In this document: positions 19,067 to 26,972 of the stretch, in pieces
Layout: every line of letters starts with the position of its first letter
Position numbering within the stretch: position 1 is the stretch's first letter
Assembly: GCA_003135555.1 (NCBI GenBank)
Contig: PLCF01000095.1
Span: 1 to 31,214 of the forward strand
Direction: 5' to 3'
Length of the DNA stretch: 31,214 nucleotides
From: Vulcanimicrobiota bacterium
Lineage (GTDB): Bacteria; Vulcanimicrobiota; Vulcanimicrobiia; Vulcanimicrobiales; Vulcanimicrobiaceae
Translations under genes and position numbers: made by a program
The notes under the pieces: generated by a model
Told to the model about the DNA's origin: nothing
Database searches by the model: none
The model's input: only the letters and a program-made list of their open reading frames with translations

Positions 19067-19845
19067 GACGCTAATTCCTTTGCCAGAGAAAGATAGGCTT
19101 GGGCTCCGCGGCTCTTAACATCGAAGAGGATCGCCGGCTTGCCGTACGACGGCGCTTCCGACAGCCGGATGTTGCGCGGGATCTGGGTCGCGAAGACACG
19201 GTCGGGAAAGTAGCGGTGCACTTCTTCGACCACTTCGGTTGCCAGCTTGGTACGTCCGTCGAACATCGTGATCAATACACCGCGAATTGCCAGCTGTGGA
19301 TTGAGCCCTTCCTTGATGCGCCGCACGATCGCGACGAGCTGGCTGAGCCCTTCGAGCGCGTAGTACTCGGCTTGCACCGGGATGATTACTTCGCCGGCCG
19401 CGGTCAGCGCGTTGATCGTCAACAATCCCAGCGACGGCGGACAGTCGATCAGGATGATGTCGTAGTCGCCGACCACCTTCGAAAGTGCGGTTTTCAAACG
19501 GTTTTCGCGTTGCAGCGTCGAGACGAGCTCGACCTCGGCGCCGGCGAGATTCAACGTCGCGGGGACGATGAAGAGGTTCTCGACTTCCGTCGGTCGCACG
19601 ACCTCGGCCAGCGCCGTGCCGCCCAGCAGAACGCTGTAGATATCGCGTTCGACGACGCGCTTGTCGACGCCGACCCCTGTCGTGGTATTTCCTTGCGGAT
19701 CGATGTCGACCACAAGCACGCGCCGACCGAGCAACGCCAACGATGCGCCGAGGTTCACGGCGGTCGTCGACTTGCCGACGCCGCCCTTCTGATTGACGAT
19801 CGCGATCACGCGCGCCGTCGTCTGCACTGCATCAACCGCGGACAA
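19063..19845 (-). CDS. parA: chromosome partitioning ATPase ParA/Soj
   Basis: NQKGGVGKSTT, DIDPQGN, DCPPSLG, LSEAPSYG. Confidence 0.97.
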   Translation of the reverse strand: MSAVDAVQTTARVIAIVNQKGGVGKSTTAVNLGASLALLGRRVLVVDIDPQGNTTTGVGVDKRVVERDIYSVLLGGTALAEVVRPTEVENLFIVPATLNLAGAEVELVSTLQRENRLKTALSKVVGDYDIILIDCPPSLGLLTINALTAAGEVIIPVQAEYYALEGLSQLVAIVRRIKEGLNPQLAIRGVLITMFDGRTKLATEVVEEVHRYFPDRVFATQIPRNIRLSEAPSYGKPAILFDVKSRGAQAYLSLAKELAS

Positions 19846-19853
19846 AGACCGAC

Positions 19854-21254
19854 CTACCGAGACGCGGAGAAATGCTCGTCGATGTAGCGCTGGGCACGCT
19901 GCGCGAGCAGGGTCGGCTCGTTCAGAGACGGGTCGTCAGTGACCTCCTCCAAGAGCGCGTGAAGCACTTCGCCGACCCGCGCGTCACCGCGAAAACCCGG
20001 CGCCACGAGACCGTTGCGCTCGAAAAGGGCGATGATTTCTCGCCCGGTCAGCGCGAGTTGGCGTACCCCAAGGGCCGGCTCCTCCGCGAGTACCGCCGCC
20101 ACCCGGGTCTCGAAGCGCTCGTTGAAATCGCCCCGCCCCGGCAGCCCCGACCCCGTCACGTCGGCGCGACGCAGAGCGAAAAGCCGCTCGAGGTGCTCGG
20201 GGCCGATGCGCCGGATGAAGCGCCGCACCGTGCGGTCGAGCGCCTCGGGATCGGCGGCGTACATGTGCTGGCGCACCAGATGGACGACCGTGTCGACCGT
20301 CTCGGTGGGCAGGCGCAGCCGCGCCAGCAGCGCCGGCACCATCTCGGCGCCGACGTGCTCGTGCTGGTAGAACGTGTTCCCCCGCCCGTCCTCGCGCGGC
20401 GCCGCGGTCCGCGGTTTGCCGACGTCGTGCAAGAGCGCCGCGAGCCGCAGCGTCAGGTCGCCCGGCGGCGCCGCGTCGAGCGTCGCGAGGTTGTGGCGGT
20501 AGACATCGTAGGCGTGCCAGTCGTTCTGGTCGACCTCGAGCCCCTCGAGCAGCTCGGGCCAGAGCTGGGCGAGGAGCCCCGTCTCGCGCAAAATCTCGAT
20601 TCCGGCCGAGGGCGCGCCGGCCAGCATGAGCTTGGCGAACTCTTCGCCGATGCGCTCGCCCGAGACGCTTCCGATCAGCGGCGCCGCGGCGGACATGGCG
20701 GCGGTGGTCCGGTCGGTGAGGCGGTAGCCGAAGCGGGCGGCGAACTGGGCGGCCCGCAGCATCCGCAGCGGATCGTCCGAGAACGCGGCCTCGTCGACGA
20801 TATCGATCTGGCCGGCTCGGATGTCCGCGACCCCGCCGTAGGGGTCGACGATTTCGTCGTCGGCGACTCGGCGCGCGATCATGTTCATCCGAAAATCGCG
20901 GCGCCGCAGGTCGTCTTCGAGCGGGATCTCAGGGCCGGCCTCGACCGCGAACTCCTTGTGGCCGGCGCCGGTGGACCGTTCGCGGCGCGGCAGCGCGATG
21001 TCGGCCTCGCCGGCGGGGTGGCGCAGCTTGAGGACCGCGAAGGAAGCGCCGACCACGTCGACCCGCCCGACCCGCCCCAGCGCCGCCAAGAGTTCGTCCG
21101 CCGCGATCCCGGTGACGACGTAGTCCAAGTCCTTGGGCGGCCGCTCGCCGGCCTCGAGCCGCTGCCGGAACTCGTCGCGAACGCGACCGCCGACCGCGTA
21201 GACGGCGGCGCCGGGGAGAGCTGCGATCAGGACGTCGTCGAGAGGGTGGCGCAC
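19854..21254 (-). CDS. cca: CCA tRNA nucleotidyltransferase / poly(A) polymerase family with HD domain
   Basis: VGGRVRD, DLD, DLRRRDF, DDPLRMLRA, ERIGEE, LHDVGKP; GTG start at 21254 inferred. Confidence 0.9.
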   Translation of the reverse strand: MRHPLDDVLIAALPGAAVYAVGGRVRDEFRQRLEAGERPPKDLDYVVTGIAADELLAALGRVGRVDVVGASFAVLKLRHPAGEADIALPRRERSTGAGHKEFAVEAGPEIPLEDDLRRRDFRMNMIARRVADDEIVDPYGGVADIRAGQIDIVDEAAFSDDPLRMLRAAQFAARFGYRLTDRTTAAMSAAAPLIGSVSGERIGEEFAKLMLAGAPSAGIEILRETGLLAQLWPELLEGLEVDQNDWHAYDVYRHNLATLDAAPPGDLTLRLAALLHDVGKPRTAAPREDGRGNTFYQHEHVGAEMVPALLARLRLPTETVDTVVHLVRQHMYAADPEALDRTVRRFIRRIGPEHLERLFALRRADVTGSGLPGRGDFNERFETRVAAVLAEEPALGVRQLALTGREIIALFERNGLVAPGFRGDARVGEVLHALLEEVTDDPSLNEPTLLAQRAQRYIDEHFSASR

Positions 21255-21302
21255 GGACCGTCCTAGTGTACGCAGTCGCGGTCGGATTTCTTGTGCGAGG
21301 AA

Positions 21303-21351
21303 TGTTTCACGATGAACCTTTGCGCTGCAGAGCAATGTTCATCGTGAAACG
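21303..21351. promoter_or_regulatory. pair of parS-like sites forming an inverted repeat
   Basis: TGTTTCACGATGAACC (21303-21318) and TGTTCATCGTGAAACG (21336-21351) versus consensus TGTTTCACGTGAAACA; upstream of cca-parA-parB. Confidence 0.7.
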
Positions 21352-21420
21352 TCCGGGGACTATAGACTTGACGCACCAGGGTGCCACCCATAGGGCACAC
21401 CCGCCCGGTAACCTTGGAGC

Positions 21421-22464
21421 ATGGACCGGACGCCCCAAACCCTGCTGGAAGCCGTCACCTTCTTCGCCGACCCGGATCGCGCACACGCATACGCCGTGCA
21501 GATGCGCTGGCCGAACGGCATAGCCTGCCCGCGGATGGGTTGCGGCTCGGCGTCCGTCCAGTTCATCGCCACCCGCAAGCTCTGGCGCTGCAAGGAATGC
21601 AAACGTCAGTTCACCGCTAAGGTCGGGACGATCTTTGAGGACTCGCCGATCTCGTTCTCCAAGTGGCTCCCGGCTTTCTGGCTGCTCGCGAACACGAAAA
21701 ACGGTACGTCGTCGTGCGAGCTTGCGCGCGCGATCGGTGTCGGGCAAAAGACGGCCTGGTTCATGCTGCACCGCGTTCGCGAGACGATGGCAACGCGCAC
21801 GTTTGAGCGCAAGTTTGCGGGCGAAGTCGAAGTAGACGAGACGTTCATCGGCGGCAACGCGCAGAACCGGCGCGGCAACAGCGGCGCGCGGCGCGGCCAC
21901 GGAACCGCCCGCGCGTTGAAGTCCGAGAAGGCGGTCGTGTTCGGCATGGTGCAGCGCGACGAGAGCGGGAAAACCCGCGTTCGCGCGCAGACCGTCGCGA
22001 ACACCCGTAGCGCGACGCTGCTGCCGAAACTCCGCGATAACGTCGCCTTCGGCGCGACGGTCTACACCGACGCGGCTTTCACCTATCAGGCGCTCGCGTC
22101 GTGGGGCTTCACGCACCACGTCATCGACCACGCGGTGCGGTACGTCGAAGGCCGCGTGACGACCAACAGAATTGAGAACTTCTGGTCGTGCGTGAAGCGC
22201 ACGCTCAACGGGACGTATATCTCGGTTCGCCCGTTCCACCTCGACGCGTACCTGGACGAAAGCGTGTTCCGTTTCAACGAGCGCGACGACAACGACGGCG
22301 GCCGATTCGTCGCCGCGCTCAAAGGTGCGGACGGCAAGCGCCTCACCTACGCCGCGTTGACGACCTCGCACCCGCGCTGGCGGCTGCGCCCGCTTGCGCC
22401 GATCCCGCCTCGTCGGCGCACGAACGACGAGACGCCGATCTCGGGCGTGAGCGACCGACTCTAG
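21421..22464 (+). CDS. IS1595-family (ISXO2-like) transposase
   Basis: Zn ribbon CPRMGC...CKEC, GTIFEDS, HTH with KTAWFMLHR, VEVDETFIGG, VYTD, TNRIENFWS, YLDESVFRFN; SD GGAG. Confidence 0.96.
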   Translation: MDRTPQTLLEAVTFFADPDRAHAYAVQMRWPNGIACPRMGCGSASVQFIATRKLWRCKECKRQFTAKVGTIFEDSPISFSKWLPAFWLLANTKNGTSSCELARAIGVGQKTAWFMLHRVRETMATRTFERKFAGEVEVDETFIGGNAQNRRGNSGARRGHGTARALKSEKAVVFGMVQRDESGKTRVRAQTVANTRSATLLPKLRDNVAFGATVYTDAAFTYQALASWGFTHHVIDHAVRYVEGRVTTNRIENFWSCVKRTLNGTYISVRPFHLDAYLDESVFRFNERDDNDGGRFVAALKGADGKRLTYAALTTSHPRWRLRPLAPIPPRRRTNDETPISGVSDRL

Positions 22465-23312
22465 TCGCGCGCCCAATCGGCGTTGAACGTGCCGGGCTTG
22501 CGGAAGTCCCATTGGCGGAACTTGTGCCGCCAGCGGTTCGCTACGTCGCCGTTCTTGCCGGTGTTCACGCCGACCGCAAACGAAAGCGTGCCGCGCTCGC
22601 CCATGTCGATCTGCGCGAGGCGCTTGCGAATGTGATCGTAGAGCTTCTCTTTGATCTTCGTCGCCTCGGCCCGCTTGCCGTTCTTCTGCTTCGCGACGTG
22701 GTGCTGGTTTAGCCTGAATCCCGCCGCGCCAATGATGACGTCAACGCACTGGAGGATGACGTGATTCTTGCTGTTGACGTCACCGACTTCGACGAACCGG
22801 AAGCGCGACAGATCGTCGTGGCGGTGCGCCGCATGGCAGCGGTACAGGAATTGCCGGAACGATTTGCGCTTCTCGGGCTGGTCGGGTAGCGTGTCCGGGA
22901 AGAACACGACGTTGACGGGTTCCTTCTCGTCGTGCCACGGTAAGCCGAAGCCGAAAACGACAAAGAAGTAGTACAGGATATAGTAGCCGTACTCGCGGTG
23001 AAAGTCGTTCAGCGCCGCGGGGTCCTGAAACATCTGGTCGAGCCACATATAGCGCAGCTTAACGACGCCGCCTTCGACGAAGTCGAAGAAGCGATCAAGC
23101 ACGACCGCGACGCGCTCCCAGTTGAACGGGCGCACTTGGCTCCACTTGATCTCGCCCTGAAGCCCGAGTTTCGCCTTCAACGCGAGCAGCTCGTTCTCGA
23201 CTTGCTGCCGCTCGGTCGAAGCGACCATAGCGCCGCCGTAGAAGCGCCAGAAGCGGTTGCGGTTGGGGTCGTGCGTCCACGCCTCGTCGGCGTACACCGT
23301 GTAGGTGCTCAC
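22461..23312 (-). CDS. DUF3800-type protein (predicted RNase H-like fold)
   Basis: N-terminal VYADE, EIKW, central FFPD, C-terminal SKNHVILQCVDVIIGA (QxxD). Confidence 0.8.
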   Translation of the reverse strand: MSTYTVYADEAWTHDPNRNRFWRFYGGAMVASTERQQVENELLALKAKLGLQGEIKWSQVRPFNWERVAVVLDRFFDFVEGGVVKLRYMWLDQMFQDPAALNDFHREYGYYILYYFFVVFGFGLPWHDEKEPVNVVFFPDTLPDQPEKRKSFRQFLYRCHAAHRHDDLSRFRFVEVGDVNSKNHVILQCVDVIIGAAGFRLNQHHVAKQKNGKRAEATKIKEKLYDHIRKRLAQIDMGERGTLSFAVGVNTGKNGDVANRWRHKFRQWDFRKPGTFNADWARD

Positions 23313-23339
23313 GGGCGCGCACCCGCAGCCCGAAGTCCA

Positions 23340-23402
23340 AAGGCCCTCCCCTTCGCCTCAAGCGACCCCACGTTGCGGGGCCTAAGCGAAGGCGAGAGCC
23401 TT
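23340..23402 (-). ncRNA. candidate structured RNA upstream of the DUF3800 gene
   Basis: three stacked helices on the - strand (AAGGCTCTC/GAGGGCCTT, CCTTCGC/GCGAAGG, GGCCCCGC/GTGGGGTC) with G-U pairs, starting just after a perfect extended -10. Confidence 0.55.
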
Positions 23403-23411
23403 CTTGCCCTG

Positions 23412-23420
23412 ATTATACCA
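23412..23420 (-). promoter_or_regulatory. extended -10 promoter for hairpin plus DUF3800 gene
   Basis: TGGTATAAT on the - strand in otherwise GC-rich DNA. Confidence 0.7.
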
Positions 23421-23426
23421 CGGTCG

Positions 23427-23463
23427 CTCATACCAATCCATACTTTTCCATACTGGCTCATAC
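23427..23463. repeat. four phased CATAC direct repeats (candidate operator)
   Basis: CATAC at 23429, 23439, 23449 and 23459, exact 10-bp period, between divergent -10 elements (TATAAT on - strand, TATACT at 23481-23486 on +). Confidence 0.75.
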
Positions 23464-23499
23464 TGACAGCGGATTTCGGCTATACTGTGGGTCCCGCAA

Positions 23500-23706
23500 A
23501 TGCCCGCACCGCCTGGAAGAACGCAAATCAACCCCTCCGTCAAGGACGAGGTCCTTGCTCGGCTGGAGGAACTCGGGCGCATTTATGAGCGCGACCGATA
23601 TTGGGTCCTAAACGTGTTGCTTGAGTATGCCGTGCGCCACGCGAAGCGTGCGATGGACGAGTCCCACGAGACGGCCAAACAGCAGTATAAGGACGAGGAC
23701 GATTAG
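23500..23706 (+). CDS. ribbon-helix-helix DNA-binding protein
   Basis: beta strand TQINPSV, helix DEVLARLEELG, helix RYWVLNVLLEYAV; 68 aa. Confidence 0.7.
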   Translation: MPAPPGRTQINPSVKDEVLARLEELGRIYERDRYWVLNVLLEYAVRHAKRAMDESHETAKQQYKDEDD

Positions 23707-23732
23707 CCGCGGCGGGCACGCCGACGGGCGCG

Positions 23733-23837
23733 CTAAGTCGCTGGCTTAGTCTTTGGCTTGGGCTTCCGCCCTCGTGTGGCTCCTGGCACTGTGCGCTTCC
23801 GTTGCGCGTCGTGCGGGTCGGCCGTTGGCCGTTCCAT
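23733..23837 (-). CDS. possible leaderless 34-aa basic peptide
   Basis: TG-a-TATAAT at 23853-23845 with ATG 7 nt downstream; K/R/P-rich peptide. Confidence 0.3.
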   Translation of the reverse strand: MERPTADPHDAQRKRTVPGATRGRKPKPKTKPAT

Positions 23838-23919
23838 TGGCCGCATTATATCACGATGATCCACAAGCAATTCCAGCGCCCGTACAGGCGTTCGCGTGGG
23901 ACGCGTAGGAGTAGCGCGC

Positions 23920-24087
23920 ATGGCGAAAGCCGCGGACGAACCCCGAGGGCCTGGCGACACCGCGTTCGACCGCTTCCTGCGGTTCGGGACCGCGCTGTTC
24001 GCGGTGAAGAAGGGCGAGCTACCGAAGCGCGCGGAGCGCAAAAAGGCACCGCGCAAGAAGCGGGCCGCTAAGCCCGAGCCGAGTTAG
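23920..24087 (+). CDS. small basic hypothetical protein (55 aa)
   Basis: SD AGGAG at 23907; amphipathic helix AFDRFLRFGTALFAVKKGEL and Lys/Arg-rich tail. Confidence 0.65.
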   Translation: MAKAADEPRGPGDTAFDRFLRFGTALFAVKKGELPKRAERKKAPRKKRAAKPEPS

Positions 24088-24105
24088 GCGTTCGCGCCAC
24101 GCCCG

Positions 24106-24288
24106 TCACGCGTCGTCCTCGCGTCCAAGACGGTCCACGAGCATGGTTACGATCGCGGCGATTCTTTTGCGGCGGGGCATAGACTGCCAGGGCGCACTTA
24201 GCTTTCGCAACGCTACAGCCTGACTACGCGGACCGGCGGTCAGCAGAGCGTAGAAAAGCTGCTCCAGCGCAGCGTCGATATTGTCCAT
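24106..24288 (-). CDS. small hypothetical helical protein (60 aa)
   Basis: ATG start, protein-like composition, fills the right end of the IS. Confidence 0.4.
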   Translation of the reverse strand: MDNIDAALEQLFYALLTAGPRSQAVALRKLSAPWQSMPRRKRIAAIVTMLVDRLGREDDA

Positions 24289-24414
24289 CCCTGACCCTGT
24301 TCCGCCGCGATTGCCCTCTTACCATGCCCAGCGCGTCGTTGAGTCCCCGACGGGGCAGCGAACCGTCGCTCCTCACCGCCCTGGTGCGTCAAGTCTATAA
24401 TCCCCAAACGTCCG

Positions 24415-25107
24415 CTACCGCAGGCACAGCGGGCGCTTGGCCGGCGTGCCGTTCTTGCGGGGAAAGCGCGGTCCGGTCGCCGAGCGCTTCTCCAAGACGA
24501 GGAGACGCCGCTCGCCGCCCAGCTCGCGCTCCTCGATCAGAGCCGCCCCCAGAACCAGCGCCGCATCGGCCACGGCGTTGCGCTCCACGGCGGCCAGGGA
24601 GCCGCGCTGGAGCAGTGCCCGGCCGCCGACCGCGAGGAACGGAACCGTAAGCTCGGCGACCGCCGGCGCGCTGGCCACCCCCCGGGCGGTCGCGCACCGA
24701 AAGCGTTCGCGGTAGGCCGGATCGCGGGCCGCGTCCTCGGCGCGGGCCGCGACCACCTCGCCGGCGAGGCCCAGCGCGTCGAGCGCGGCGCGCAGGAACG
24801 CGGCGCGTTTGCGGATCGGCTCGATCAGCGTCACCGGAACGCCGGAGGCGAGCGCGAGCGGGATCCCCGGGACCCCGTTGCCGGAGCCGACGTCGACCAG
24901 CGGCTGCGCGACGTCGCCGCGCAGGGTGAGTGCGTCGAGGATGTGCTCGGCGAACGCGGTGCCCGTCTTGGAACCGGTGAGGTTCACGCGGCGGTTCGCG
25001 GCGAGCACGAGCGCGGCGAACGTCGCCAGCCGCTCGGCGAGCGGATCCTCGACACCGCCCGCGCGCAGCGCGGCCCGCGCCTCGGGGTCGGGCAGCGGCA
25101 GGTTCAC
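24415..25107 (-). CDS. rsmG: 16S rRNA m7G527 methyltransferase
   Basis: NLTG, HILDAL, VDVGSGNGVPGIPL, RAED, ATARG, FPRKNG; GTGA overlap with mnmG. Confidence 0.96.
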   Translation of the reverse strand: MNLPLPDPEARAALRAGGVEDPLAERLATFAALVLAANRRVNLTGSKTGTAFAEHILDALTLRGDVAQPLVDVGSGNGVPGIPLALASGVPVTLIEPIRKRAAFLRAALDALGLAGEVVAARAEDAARDPAYRERFRCATARGVASAPAVAELTVPFLAVGGRALLQRGSLAAVERNAVADAALVLGAALIEERELGGERRLLVLEKRSATGPRFPRKNGTPAKRPLCLR

Positions 25108-26972
25108 GCCGGGGCTGCGATGCGCGTTAGGCGGTACACGTGCACGCTCACCAGCGCGACGTCGGTAGGGGTGATGCCGGGGATACGCGCTGCGGCGCCG
25201 AGGGTGCGCGGGCGGGTGCGGTCGAGCTTTTCGCGGGCCTCGCGCGAGAGCGCCCGGATCGCGGCGTAGTCCAGATCGTCCGGCAACGCGACCGCCTCGT
25301 CGCGGGCCGCGCGCTCGATCGCGGTCTGCGCACGCCGAACGTAGCCGTCCATCTTGAGCTCGATCTCCACGCGTCGCGCGATCTCCGGCGGCGTCTCGGG
25401 CGGAAAGCGGTCCAGCACGTCGGCGATCCCAACTTCGGGCCGGCGCAGCGCGTCGGCGAGCGTAGCGCCAGGTTGCAGGACCGCCCTGCCAATGCAAGCA
25501 TCGGAGACCCTGGCCCTCTCGGCATGGCTCCGGGCGGCGTCAAGCGCGCCGCGGCGCCGCTCAAAACGCTCCCAGGCGCCATCGCCGACCAGTCCGAGCT
25601 CACGCCCGATCGGGGTGAGGCGCAGATCTGCGTTGTCGTGGCGCAACACGACGCGGTGCTCGGCGCGCGACGTCAGCATGCGGTACGGCTCGTCGACGCC
25701 GCGCGTCACGAGGTCGTCGATCAACACGCCGATGTACGACGTTTCGCGCCCCAGCCGCAGCGGTTGCGCTCCGTGCGCACGGCGCGCAGCGTTGATCCCG
25801 GCGACCAAACCTTGCGCGGCGGCTTCTTCGTAACCGCTCGTTCCGTTGAGCTGACCGCAGTGAAACAATCCCGACACGCGGCGCGTCTGCAAGCTCGAAT
25901 CCAACTCCGTCGGCTGGACGAAATCATATTCGACCGCGTAACCGGCACGCAGCATCTCGACGCGCTCGAAACCCGGCAGGGTGCGCAACATTGCCAGTTG
26001 CACGTCGGCCGGCAACGACGTCGAGAAGCCGCCGACGTAGAACGTCGGCTCGTTCCAGCCTTCCGGCTCGACGAACACTTGGTGCGTCGGATTGTGCGCG
26101 AACTTTATGACCTTGTCTTCGATCGACGGACAATAGCGTGGCCCGATGCCGCGGATGAGGTCGAGCCCGTAAAGCGGGGAGCGGTGCAGGTTGTCGCGCA
26201 CCAGCGCGTGCGTCGCGGCGTTGGTGTCGACGATCCAGCACGGCAGTTGCGGTCCGGCGAATTCTGCCGGGGAGTCGAACGCAAACGGCAGCGGCGTCGC
26301 GCTGGGCGCTTGGAGCGCCATCACCGACAGGTCGAGCGAGGCGCGGTCGACGCGCGGCGGCGTCCCGGTCTTGAGGCGGCCCAACGGGAACCCCAGGCGC
26401 GCCAGGGCCGCACTCAAGCCGACCGCCGGAGCCTCGCCGAAACGGCCCTCGGCGCGCACCTCGTCGCCGCGGAAGGTCTTGCCGCCCAGGAACGTCCCGG
26501 TCGCCAGGACGACGTTGGGCGCGCGCAGCGTCCGGCCGCCGGCCAGCCGCACGCCGCCGATCGCGCCGGCCGCCACGATGACGTCCTCGACCATCCCGCA
26601 GACCACAGTCAAGTTCGTCTGCGCGGCGATCGTCTCGCTCGCGACGCGCACGTAGCCGGGCTTGTCGGCGAGCGCGCGCAGCGCGCGCACCGACGGTCCC
26701 TTCGACTCGTTGAGGAACCGCGCGTGCAGCGAGACGCGGTCGGTCACGCCGGCCATCGCGCCTCCCAGGGCGTCGATCTCGCGGACCAGCTGCCCCTTCG
26801 CGCTCCCGCCGATCGACGGGTTGCAGGCCAGGGTGCAGATGCGCGACGGATCGCCGGTGAGCAGCAGCGTCTCGGCGCCCAGGCGCGCCGCGGCGAGTGC
26901 GGCTTCGAAGCCGGCATGACCGCCGCCGACGACGATCACGGCGGCGTCGTCGCCGCGGAGCACGCTAGTCAT
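25104..26972 (-). CDS. mnmG: tRNA uridine-5-carboxymethylaminomethyl modification enzyme MnmG/GidA
   Basis: VGGGHAG, CNPSIGG, RLKTGTPPR, GPRYCPSIEDK, GQLNGTSGYEEAAAQG. Confidence 0.98.
   Translation of the reverse strand: MTSVLRGDDAAVIVVGGGHAGFEAALAAARLGAETLLLTGDPSRICTLACNPSIGGSAKGQLVREIDALGGAMAGVTDRVSLHARFLNESKGPSVRALRALADKPGYVRVASETIAAQTNLTVVCGMVEDVIVAAGAIGGVRLAGGRTLRAPNVVLATGTFLGGKTFRGDEVRAEGRFGEAPAVGLSAALARLGFPLGRLKTGTPPRVDRASLDLSVMALQAPSATPLPFAFDSPAEFAGPQLPCWIVDTNAATHALVRDNLHRSPLYGLDLIRGIGPRYCPSIEDKVIKFAHNPTHQVFVEPEGWNEPTFYVGGFSTSLPADVQLAMLRTLPGFERVEMLRAGYAVEYDFVQPTELDSSLQTRRVSGLFHCGQLNGTSGYEEAAAQGLVAGINAARRAHGAQPLRLGRETSYIGVLIDDLVTRGVDEPYRMLTSRAEHRVVLRHDNADLRLTPIGRELGLVGDGAWERFERRRGALDAARSHAERARVSDACIGRAVLQPGATLADALRRPEVGIADVLDRFPPETPPEIARRVEIELKMDGYVRRAQTAIERAARDEAVALPDDLDYAAIRALSREAREKLDRTRPRTLGAAARIPGITPTDVALVSVHVYRLTRIAAPA

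Larger units (their letters stand above)
21355..24405 (+). mobile_element. IS1595-family transposon with passenger genes, 3051 bp
   Basis: 27-bp terminal IRs GGGGA(C/T)TATAGACTTGACGCACCAGGG (21355-21381 and 24379-24405); 8-bp direct repeat AAACGTCC at 21347-21354 and 24406-24413; transposase inside. Confidence 0.96.

Noticed and set aside
21307..22512. 401-aa ORF antisense to the transposase
   Set aside because: Shadow frame with no recognisable motifs
23427..23463. Possible CRISPR-like mini array next to the DUF3800 gene
   Set aside because: Repeats are only 5-7 bp with a 10-bp period; no spacer-sized unique sequences and no cas genes
23857..23865. DnaA-box-like TGATCCACA
   Set aside because: Single mismatched copy inside the IS cargo; no DnaA box cluster seen, and oriC probably lies beyond the right edge
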